From: an uncultured Gammaproteobacteria bacterium
GTDB lineage: Bacteria > Patescibacteriota > Patescibacteriia > UBA2196 > GWA2-42-15
Direction: 5' to 3'
DNA: 64,000 nt
NCBI GenBank assembly: GCA_964573135.1
Contig: CAZNIO010000001.1
Location: 28,612 to 92,611, forward strand
In this document: positions 41,071-49,482 of the stretch, in pieces
Layout of the letters: each line of letters begins with the position of its first letter
How positions within the stretch are numbered: position 1 is the stretch's first letter
Position numbers and translations under genes: made by a program
The notes under the pieces: model-generated
Databases searched by the model: none
What the model was told of the DNA's origin: nothing
Seen by the model: only the letters and a program-made list of their open reading frames with translations

Positions 41071-41177
41071 GTCAAACATTAGCACATTTAAAAAATTTGT
41101 CGATAACCCAAAAAACCAAGACACTTCTGCCCTAGCCTCCTATACCTATTAATTAGTTTTAGTAATGTAATATAAAA

Positions 41178-43607
41178 TCAAGCCGCCACCCTATGAACAT
41201 GCTGACTCAATCCGCGTGTCTTTCCTCTGGGGCTTGAATACCCATCATTAGCCCGAACTCTTTCTCTTTTGCCTTTTAGCATCTCTCCGAGCTCATCTGC
41301 CAACCGCCTCACAGCTCCACCAGTTAAATCTTCAATATCTAAATTTTTAACATCAACTATGCCAGACGTAATTGTGCCAAACTTTTCACACTCTTGACTG
41401 CTTCTTCTGGGATCATTCCTCCTAATATATTCTTTAATATGATTATATAAACTATCGGTACTTGGCTCATCTTCACCCTGCTGAGCAAAAGATATTTCAT
41501 ACGACTTCAAATATTCATCAATTTCGACCTTAAGTTCTTTATTAATCTCCTGCATTATCCTAATCGCAGTACTTTCATCTATGCCAGAAAAAGTAATCAC
41601 AAATTCCTCTCCACCAGTCATCCTGACCAATTCCGGCTTACTATTATCAGACGAATAACTAATACCACATTTTTCTCTAATATATTCTTCATCATTCAAT
41701 TTATCTTGAATAAATTGTGTTGTTTTTAATAAAACAATATCACCCATAATATGCCCGCCAACATTATTTACTGCACGTAAATTATCAAAATCCAATGCAC
41801 ACACAGAAAAACTCTGTTTTTTCTCTAAGTTCTCCTCTTTCTTATTTTCCCTAATAACATTATTAATTTTAGGTACTATAATCTCATCGAAATAATAGCC
41901 ATTTTTAACGCTTGTCAAAGATTCAACATATAACCTTTGCTGGATATTAAAACACTCTTCCTTCAGGCGAATCAATAATTCATCTATTTTCTGTTTATCC
42001 GCGCCGCTCTTCTCAATATATCTCCTAGCCAATCTTTCCGCTAATCTTATCTTTCTTTTATATACGTCATTAATTAATACCGCCTCTCCCTCTTCATCTC
42101 TAGCTACTAACTCTGACTGTCTTTTTGTTTCTTTAAAAATCTCCTGAAAATCAGCCACAAAACGCGGATCGCCCTTTATCCCCTCTCTTGCTCCTTCAAT
42201 TTCATTGCTGGGTATTTCCTTATCCAGATTATCGGGATCAAAATAGCCTACGCTATTCTTCTGATATATTTTCTGCTCTTCTTGTATTACATTGGCTTGA
42301 TTTAAAAACCTAGCTGCTCTTTCTCGATAGAGACCATCTATCAGGCTGTATAGCTGGTCTCTATCTTCTTCAAGCAACCCTTTGCCCACCTTCTCCTCAC
42401 CATATTTCAATATCTTACGTCGAAAATCATAATAGGTTATTTTTTCATTAAATACAATTCCATCGTCCTGCATTTGCGTACAATCAGAAAAAACATCATG
42501 GAGTATTACTTTTGAAACAAATTCTTTTTCACCATTCACCCGCTGATATATAAGCGACAAATCTCTTTCATTGAGATAACTCTTATCTTTACCACCCTTA
42601 AAATCCACCGTTAATGCTCCAAGTGTTATCGTGCCATTCTCCAATTTAAATCTCCCCCTATATTCACCTAAAATTTGAAGAACCTCATCGTCTTGCATGC
42701 TATCAATTCGCTGTTTGGCTTGGGGATGAGGCGGGTCAAGCAATACTTTCAACATCTCAGCAATCTTTCGCTCATCAATAATACCAGCGTCAAATAACTC
42801 TTTAACGGCCTTTTGTGCTTCTTCATTATTCTTAAATTGATCCTCAAGGGCGTCAGCCCTTTCCTCAAGAGTTATCCAATTAAGCTCATTTCTAACATCA
42901 AAATCTTCTTCAACTTCAGTATCGCGAAGTTTTGCGTCATCTTCATACATTTGATTAAATTCATCAAACATCTTATTTACTGCAATTTTAACTTGTTCTC
43001 TTACGCTATTAGCGTAAGAGCTGGTAGTCCCTTCACCCCCGAATTCTTTAGGATAAGTTGCCATGCTCAATTCTTCCCCGCCTACCCTCATACTATTCTC
43101 TGCATTAGCCAGCAGCTTATCAGCCACCACTAAAAGCTCCCAATTGCCAAACTCATGTCCAACCGCGTTATTCGAAGACTGGAAATAGTCAATATCTGTA
43201 TTAATAAAACTCAATCCATTTTCCTCTTCAGCGTCTTTTATCATACGCGCAGTAGAATAAAGACCGGCTTCACGCGTGTAAAGTCGAGTCAACTTATTAT
43301 CCCTATCCGCTACTTTATTCAATTTCTCTAATAGTGAAGTCAAAAGAACCTCACCCTGGTTATCACCATCTTCCAAATTCCAATTCTCAAAAACTTCCTT
43401 TATATCATTCTCCCCAGGTTCTTCAAGCCCATATTTAATTGCTATTTCTTTTCTTAAATTATCCACTTTTTGATTAATCTTTGTTTTCAATTCCTGGCTA
43501 ATTTCCATAGAAGTTTCGCGAGCACTAAAACCACACTTCTCTAATTGGCCTAGAGTTATAGGTTTCTCTTCATCAATTATCTCTTTTCTTTCTCTTATTC
43601 CTTCCAT
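41178..43607 (-). CDS. Cytoplasmic protein with two GGDEF-like domains
   Basis: DIDYFQSSNNAVGHEFGN...RVGGEEL and DFDNLRAVNNVGGHIMGD...RMTGGEEF...TITSGI. Confidence 0.75.
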   Translation of the reverse strand: MEGIRERKEIIDEEKPITLGQLEKCGFSARETSMEISQELKTKINQKVDNLRKEIAIKYGLEEPGENDIKEVFENWNLEDGDNQGEVLLTSLLEKLNKVADRDNKLTRLYTREAGLYSTARMIKDAEEENGLSFINTDIDYFQSSNNAVGHEFGNWELLVVADKLLANAENSMRVGGEELSMATYPKEFGGEGTTSSYANSVREQVKIAVNKMFDEFNQMYEDDAKLRDTEVEEDFDVRNELNWITLEERADALEDQFKNNEEAQKAVKELFDAGIIDERKIAEMLKVLLDPPHPQAKQRIDSMQDDEVLQILGEYRGRFKLENGTITLGALTVDFKGGKDKSYLNERDLSLIYQRVNGEKEFVSKVILHDVFSDCTQMQDDGIVFNEKITYYDFRRKILKYGEEKVGKGLLEEDRDQLYSLIDGLYRERAARFLNQANVIQEEQKIYQKNSVGYFDPDNLDKEIPSNEIEGAREGIKGDPRFVADFQEIFKETKRQSELVARDEEGEAVLINDVYKRKIRLAERLARRYIEKSGADKQKIDELLIRLKEECFNIQQRLYVESLTSVKNGYYFDEIIVPKINNVIRENKKEENLEKKQSFSVCALDFDNLRAVNNVGGHIMGDIVLLKTTQFIQDKLNDEEYIREKCGISYSSDNSKPELVRMTGGEEFVITFSGIDESTAIRIMQEINKELKVEIDEYLKSYEISFAQQGEDEPSTDSLYNHIKEYIRRNDPRRSSQECEKFGTITSGIVDVKNLDIEDLTGGAVRRLADELGEMLKGKRERVRANDGYSSPRGKTRGLSQHVHRVAA

Positions 43608-43615
43608 AACACCAA

Positions 43616-43747
43616 CTAATTATCTGATAAAACCAACTTTTCCACCAATTGCCAAAAACCAGCCTCATCCATTTGCATAAGGCTATCCTTATCATCAATC
43701 TTCTCTGTTTCTTCAACTAATATTTGCAATAGTTCTTCATTACTCAT
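43616..43747 (-). CDS. 43-aa acidic peptide, probably leaderless
   Basis: Manual: MSNEELLQILVEETEKIDDKDSLMQMDEAGFWQLVEKLVLSDN; ATG 6 nt after TGC-TACTAT -10; stop 8 nt before the GGDEF gene. Confidence 0.55.
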   Translation of the reverse strand: MSNEELLQILVEETEKIDDKDSLMQMDEAGFWQLVEKLVLSDN

Positions 43748-43846
43748 GCGTTAATAGTAGCACATTAACCAAGTCTGACAATTTATTGGTGGCTTATTAA
43801 CACTGCTACCAAGCAGGATAATTATTGCGCTTAAAATTATAATAAA

Positions 43847-46800
43847 TTATTCAAACAACCCCTTAATATCATCCCATGTCAATTTGGTAAACAAATCCTT
43901 ACTCTCACCAACAAGACGATCAAAAAGAAGTTTCTTTTTTTCTTGAAGTTTTACAATCTTTTCTTCAATGGTTCCTTTGGTTATCAAGCGATAAACATTT
44001 ACCGAATTCTTTTGGCCAATTCGGTGAGTACGATCTATGGCTTGATTTTCAACACTTGGATTCCACCAGGGATCAAAAATAATTACAGTGTCAGCTGAAG
44101 TTAAATTTATGCCTGTTCCACCAGCTTTTAAACTAATTAAAAAAACCTTTAGGTTGTTATTTTCATTAAAATCATCAATCAACTCCTGCCTGTTCCTTGT
44201 TTTACCAGATAAATAGTGATAATTAATCTTCTTTTTATCCAATTCCTTACCCAAAATATCAAGCATTTTCGTGAACTGGCTAAATACTAAAACTTTTCTT
44301 TTGTTTTCAATAATTTCGTCAATTAGCTCCAAAAACATATTTAATTTTGATGATTCGTATTTTGTATAATCATCATCTTTTAACAACAGAACAGGATGAT
44401 TGCAAACCTGTCTTAATTTTGTCAATCCAGCTAAAATATGAATTCGTGATTTATTAAAGCCTTTTGTTTTTACAGTTTCAAAAATTTCTGATTTTACATT
44501 TGCTAAAATTTCCTGATAAAGAATATTCTGTCCTTTGCCTAAATGACAGTGGCTCATTTGCTCCACTTTTGGCGGAAGTTCTTTTAGCACCTCGGATTTT
44601 GTACGGCGCAACATAAAACATTCAATTTTTTTACGCAAATTATCAAGAGCAAGCTTGTTATTGTGTTGCATAATCGGTTTTTCGAACTTCTTGGCAAACA
44701 ACCGATATGATCCCAAAAATCCCGGCATTAAAAAATCAAAAATAGACCAAATTTCTGATACGCTATTCTCAAGCGGCGTGCCAGTCAAAGCCAAACGATA
44801 ATCAGCATTAACTTTTTTTACTACTTGCGCATTCTTTGTGATATGATTTTTAATAAACTGTGCCTCATCTAAAACACAATAATTAAATTTAATTTTTTGT
44901 TTTTCATAAATTGCACTATCTTTTTTTATGGTTGCATAACCCGTAATGATTAAATCATAATTTTTTATTTTTTTTATTATCTTCTCTCGCTCTAATGGAT
45001 TTCCATCAATCACAATCGTTTTTAATTTTGGAACAAACTTTTCTGCTTCATTCTGCCAATTATAAAGCAATGTTTTTGGGCAAATGACAATTGACGGATT
45101 GCCCTTAACTTTTTCTTTTTCCAATAAAACCAAGGCCTGCAAAGTTTTACCAAGACCCATATCATCAGCCAAAATTCCGGCAAATCTATATTTGCGCAAA
45201 AAATAAAGCCAGTCAACTCCCTCCTTCTGATAATCACGCATAATTCTGTCAAGCTTTGCGGGCAACTTAATTTTTTTAACCGACTTGCCGTTTTGTGCTT
45301 CTTTTATAAAATTATTAAAACTTTTCTGTACCTTGGCATTATAATATTCAGATTTTGTAAAAACATTTTCAAGTTCCGGTGCATGGTATAATTTACCTTC
45401 AAATCCACCCTTTTCCCGTGCGTAAAAACTTTCAAGCATTAAAACAAACCTCTCCAGCTCTTCTAAATTTGTAATTTTAAGCATCCGTCCGTCATCCATT
45501 TTTATAAATTCTTTTTTATCCTCAACATATTTTCTCAAGTCTTCCAGCCTAATTTTTTCGTCCCCACAATAGCAACTAACATCAAAACCAAGCCAATCAT
45601 TTTCAGCATTCAAGTCCACATCAAAATCAGCCTTAAAATTTGCTACAGTAAAACTAAATTTATCACCAATGAATTCAATTTTATAATTTTTCTTATTAGC
45701 GAATTTTTCCAAATTGTCCCAATGCTTTGTAAAATATTTGAATATCTCTTTTTCTCCTTCCAGCTTACACTCAACTCTTTTTTTAAATCCATAATCTTTG
45801 TGAAAAAAATAAAAATGCTTATAAATCTCTATTTCTTTTTTCTCATCCACCAATCCATAACTAATATTCTTTTTACTTATGCCAATAACATATTTATCCA
45901 ATCCAGTCCTGCTAAAAGTATCCATACCCATATTGCGGTAACGGTTGACTGACTGACCCACATTTATTTTTTTAAACCCATAATCAACGCCTGCCTGAAT
46001 TTCCAACAAATCTTTTTTACTATCATAATCCACCACTACACAAGGTTTTGCTTCTGTAAATTCTTCAATTTCAAAATTTTGCGTTAAATCAGTTTGAAAA
46101 TCAAAACATTTATGACAATCTTCAATAATTTTATTTAATTCAAGAATCTCTTCCTGCTCAAGCATTGTTTTAAAATATCTTTCATTTCCAAAATGATAAC
46201 CCGTTCTAATTAAATCTATGCGTGACAATATTTTAACCAATGGATTAGTCAACTGATAAAAACCGATAGATTTGTCTTCAATCTTTATAAAGCCATCGCT
46301 GTAAAATAAAAATACCAATGGATCAACTTTTTTGTACTTGTCATCAAGTTCAAAAACAAATTCCTTCTTCAGTCTTTCGTTAAACTCATATTTTACATCC
46401 TCCAATTTTAACAAAATTTTAATTTTGTTGTCATCGGCTACCGGAGAAAATGTCAACAAATTATCAGCAGTGTGCCTGTTCCAATATATTTTCAACTTTG
46501 AATTTCGCAAAATATTAAATAATTTTTTATAATCAATATCGCCGTGATAAACAAAAGATAATTTTCGTAAAAACTTAAACAATTCTTTATGTGGCCCATC
46601 CAAATCATATTGCCTGAGCATCACGCTGGGATCCGTCTCGGATCCGCTATTTTTTTTCACTCGAATATCGGAAAGAGTATTTTTCCCATATCCATCTTCT
46701 AAAATAACATAATAGCTATCCGGGTTAAATCGTTTCTTTTTTATTGGGCTACATTGCGATGTCTCTAAACCATTACGAACATCCACCCCTTTGGCGGCCA

Positions 46801-47374
46801 AAGCTTTGATTAATCCATCTACGACCCCGTCAGGCGCATCTCCAATATCAAGCATACTTTTAAATTCATCCAAAAGTTCTTCTTTGGTTCTATTCTGTCT
46901 ATAATCATCTATTTCTTCAAACTCGCCTTCAACAATATCATCATCAAATTTAACTTTTCTCAATACTTTATCTCCTCCGTAATTTTCAGCTTTAACTTGG
47001 CTATTAATCCAATGAATCAAATCATTTCTTATTGTAGCTCTTCTTAAAACAGAATTATCCATAAACTCTATATAAAAATCTATAAACTCCAATCCAACAG
47101 CTGCGATATGCTTGCAAGCGTCGCCATAAGGACAATCACAATCCATTTTTCTAAAACTATTTTTTTTAAAATCAAAAAACAGACTAGTTGAATAATCATC
47201 ACTGCCTGCAACTTCACTGCGAATCTCAATTTCACTGTCAATCTCGGATGGAAAAACTTTTAAACTCAAAACATTGCCTGAATGATAATATCCGACTCCG
47301 CGACTAAATATATGAGATTCAAAATTTAATTTTAAATTGTTTTTTAACGACTTTTCACTAATTATATGAAACAT
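43847..47374 (-). CDS. SWIM Zn-finger + SNF2-family helicase
   Basis: CDCP....CKH SWIM; LADDMGLGKT, DEAQ, LTGTPLEN, FSQFT, SLKAGGTGINLT, QAIDRTHRIGQ. Confidence 0.95.
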   Translation of the reverse strand: MFHIISEKSLKNNLKLNFESHIFSRGVGYYHSGNVLSLKVFPSEIDSEIEIRSEVAGSDDYSTSLFFDFKKNSFRKMDCDCPYGDACKHIAAVGLEFIDFYIEFMDNSVLRRATIRNDLIHWINSQVKAENYGGDKVLRKVKFDDDIVEGEFEEIDDYRQNRTKEELLDEFKSMLDIGDAPDGVVDGLIKALAAKGVDVRNGLETSQCSPIKKKRFNPDSYYVILEDGYGKNTLSDIRVKKNSGSETDPSVMLRQYDLDGPHKELFKFLRKLSFVYHGDIDYKKLFNILRNSKLKIYWNRHTADNLLTFSPVADDNKIKILLKLEDVKYEFNERLKKEFVFELDDKYKKVDPLVFLFYSDGFIKIEDKSIGFYQLTNPLVKILSRIDLIRTGYHFGNERYFKTMLEQEEILELNKIIEDCHKCFDFQTDLTQNFEIEEFTEAKPCVVVDYDSKKDLLEIQAGVDYGFKKINVGQSVNRYRNMGMDTFSRTGLDKYVIGISKKNISYGLVDEKKEIEIYKHFYFFHKDYGFKKRVECKLEGEKEIFKYFTKHWDNLEKFANKKNYKIEFIGDKFSFTVANFKADFDVDLNAENDWLGFDVSCYCGDEKIRLEDLRKYVEDKKEFIKMDDGRMLKITNLEELERFVLMLESFYAREKGGFEGKLYHAPELENVFTKSEYYNAKVQKSFNNFIKEAQNGKSVKKIKLPAKLDRIMRDYQKEGVDWLYFLRKYRFAGILADDMGLGKTLQALVLLEKEKVKGNPSIVICPKTLLYNWQNEAEKFVPKLKTIVIDGNPLEREKIIKKIKNYDLIITGYATIKKDSAIYEKQKIKFNYCVLDEAQFIKNHITKNAQVVKKVNADYRLALTGTPLENSVSEIWSIFDFLMPGFLGSYRLFAKKFEKPIMQHNNKLALDNLRKKIECFMLRRTKSEVLKELPPKVEQMSHCHLGKGQNILYQEILANVKSEIFETVKTKGFNKSRIHILAGLTKLRQVCNHPVLLLKDDDYTKYESSKLNMFLELIDEIIENKRKVLVFSQFTKMLDILGKELDKKKINYHYLSGKTRNRQELIDDFNENNNLKVFLISLKAGGTGINLTSADTVIIFDPWWNPSVENQAIDRTHRIGQKNSVNVYRLITKGTIEEKIVKLQEKKKLLFDRLVGESKDLFTKLTWDDIKGLFE

Positions 47375-47416
47375 TGTATCTGCTAGACAAGTCTATAAAT
47401 TAAGATTGTGCTAGGC

Positions 47417-48649
47417 TTATATATAACGATAATCTATATACTTAATTAAATTATCCTGATAATTAAAATCCAAGTTAACAACCATAGTTTTTTTAATATT
47501 GCCCTCTCTCTCAATAAAATTTTGTAAAATCCTAGTGTCAATTGGCTTAATAAGCTTTTTGTATTTAGCTTCCACTAATATAATTTTTGCTTTTTCTTCA
47601 ATAATAAAATCAATTTCTGTTTTATTAATAGTACGATAAAAAAATATTTTATTTTTTGCTTTATTCTTTAACTCCAAAAAAACAAAATTCTCAAATATAC
47701 TACCTGCGTCTTGCCTGCTTGTCAAATCCAAAAAATTTCCTAAAATGGCATTGCGAATTCCTAAGTCAAAAAAATAGATTTTAGGCATTTTGGTGACTTG
47801 CGCCCTTATGTTTTTTCTAAAAGGCAGAACTTTGTCTAAAACAAAAGTGAATTCTAAAAGATCTAGATATTTTTCCGTGTCTCTGCGCGAAATTCCGATT
47901 GTATTGCTTAATTCATTAACATTTAATAAATTTCCGATCTGAGAAGCTAAAAGTTTCATCAAACCGTTAAAATGAGCAATATTTTCAATTTTACCAATGG
48001 CCCTGATATCTTTATTAATATAAGTTCCAACATATTCATCCAACATTTTTTCCTTTAACGTTTTATTTTTTTGCAAAGCTATTGCAGGCATTCCCCCGTA
48101 AACCAAATATTCACTTAAATTATTGTCAAAATTTCTTCTGATATCCAGCGGCAAATCTTGCTTTTTAAAATAATTTAAATAAGGAAAATTTTTAAAAATC
48201 AAAAATTCTTCAAAATCCAAAGGATTAACTGAAAATGAAACCTTGCGTCCGGCTAAAGAATCCTGAAACTTTGCTTTTAATTCCAAGCTAGACGATCCTG
48301 TAGTAATAATCTTTATTTTCCCGGCGTACTTATCGTAAAGGTGTTTTAAAAAATTAGACGGGTTGTCTAAATACTGAATTTCATCTATAAGAAAAAAACT
48401 TTTTTCCTTTGGCTTAATAACATATCTGAAAATATTTTCAGGATCATCATTCAAGGTGTCTAACACTTTCATTTCTTCCAGATTAAGATAAAAAATTTGT
48501 TCTTTTTTAATTTTTTTACGGATCAGTTCTTCCTCTATTAATTTCAAAAGGGATGTTTTGCCAACTTGCCTGGGGCCGTTTAAAATAATGATTTCTTTTT
48601 CAAAAAGCCAATTTTTAAGTTCTTTTATTATTTTTCGAGGATAAAGCAT
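47417..48649 (-). CDS. AAA_14 ATPase with DUF4143 domain
   Basis: GPRQVGKT, IDEIQ, TGSSS, YGGMP, PKIYFFDLG, FENFV, EIDFII, EAK. Confidence 0.9.
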   Translation of the reverse strand: MLYPRKIIKELKNWLFEKEIIILNGPRQVGKTSLLKLIEEELIRKKIKKEQIFYLNLEEMKVLDTLNDDPENIFRYVIKPKEKSFFLIDEIQYLDNPSNFLKHLYDKYAGKIKIITTGSSSLELKAKFQDSLAGRKVSFSVNPLDFEEFLIFKNFPYLNYFKKQDLPLDIRRNFDNNLSEYLVYGGMPAIALQKNKTLKEKMLDEYVGTYINKDIRAIGKIENIAHFNGLMKLLASQIGNLLNVNELSNTIGISRRDTEKYLDLLEFTFVLDKVLPFRKNIRAQVTKMPKIYFFDLGIRNAILGNFLDLTSRQDAGSIFENFVFLELKNKAKNKIFFYRTINKTEIDFIIEEKAKIILVEAKYKKLIKPIDTRILQNFIEREGNIKKTMVVNLDFNYQDNLIKYIDYRYI

Positions 48650-48947
48650 ATTTTTATAGTTTAATCTATTAGAATAAAATGTTAAAACTTATACAATAAT
48701 TTTAACACTTTATGTTAAAATTATCAATATCTTCTAAAAATAATTATCACTCGGCTATTCCAATAATCCAAATCCCTGCTTTCGCTCATATTAAAATACC
48801 AGCCAAGTCCCAAAAATTAGGCTAAAACTAGCAAACTCCATATTCCCGCTGATCGCTGGCTCAGTGGTCTCATCAGAGCCACAAAGCCAATAAAACAAGA
48901 TTAATAAATCCATAAATTCGTATAAGCTCCTTATAATTTACCGTCAG

Positions 48948-49030
48948 CAAAAACAAAACCACCCCTTTTCTCAAATGATCTTTTCGTAAAGATCAGCTAA
49001 GAAAATTGGAGTGGTTCTGGTGTTTTTTTA
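48948..49030 (-). repeat. Copy 2 of ~80-bp structured repeat
   Basis: caaaaacaaaaccaccccttttctcaaat identical to copy 1; inner stem tgatcttt/aaagatca. Confidence 0.85.
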
Positions 49031-49384
49031 TGTTTGTACATTTCGTCTTCTTAAAGACGAAGGAACCGAGAATTTTTTTATTTTTATATTAATAACGAAA
49101 CGCGGCACCAAATACCGAATTGCTTACAGCCACGTCTACACTAGCCGCGCTCCGTTATTTTCGATTATATAGTAGCCAAAGCGGCATCATCTGGGCATTG
49201 TCTCAAACAGATACGGGAGGGTATATATGTGAGACAAAGGATACATAAGATGATGCCAACTTCGGCAAATTTCGCGAGCGTGAGGGCTATCCATTACTGT
49301 TCAACGAGGTCTTAACCGCGCCCTTTCTAATTCAAGACCAACCACATGGCAAAACAAGGGCTCCTCACGCTCACATTTCATCTA
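48948..49384 (-). ncRNA. Putative structured ncRNA B (three long stem domains + small hairpin + shared 3' hairpin)
   Basis: TTGACA-16-TGG-TAATGT promoter (49417-49390); stems 49374/49274, 49266/49175 and 49159/49091 with G-U pairs on the minus strand; no ORF. Confidence 0.6.
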
Positions 49385-49433
49385 CGGCAACATTACCAGA
49401 TTCTTAAAAAATGTCAATAGCCACGTAACAGCC

Positions 49434-49459
49434 AAAAAGCCCCGTCATTGACGGGGCTC
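49434..49459 (-). terminator. Intrinsic terminator of the surface-protein operon
   Basis: agccccgtca-t-tgacggggct hairpin with A run on + strand. Confidence 0.75.
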
Positions 49460-49482
49460 TAACATTAATTAGCTAATATTAG

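Noticed and set aside
48770-48880. CUGAUGAG...CGAAA on the minus strand suggesting a hammerhead ribozyme
   Set aside because: Stem II and the flanking stems cannot be formed around the core; a weak 40-aa ORF (48791-48913) overlaps it and is also unsupported
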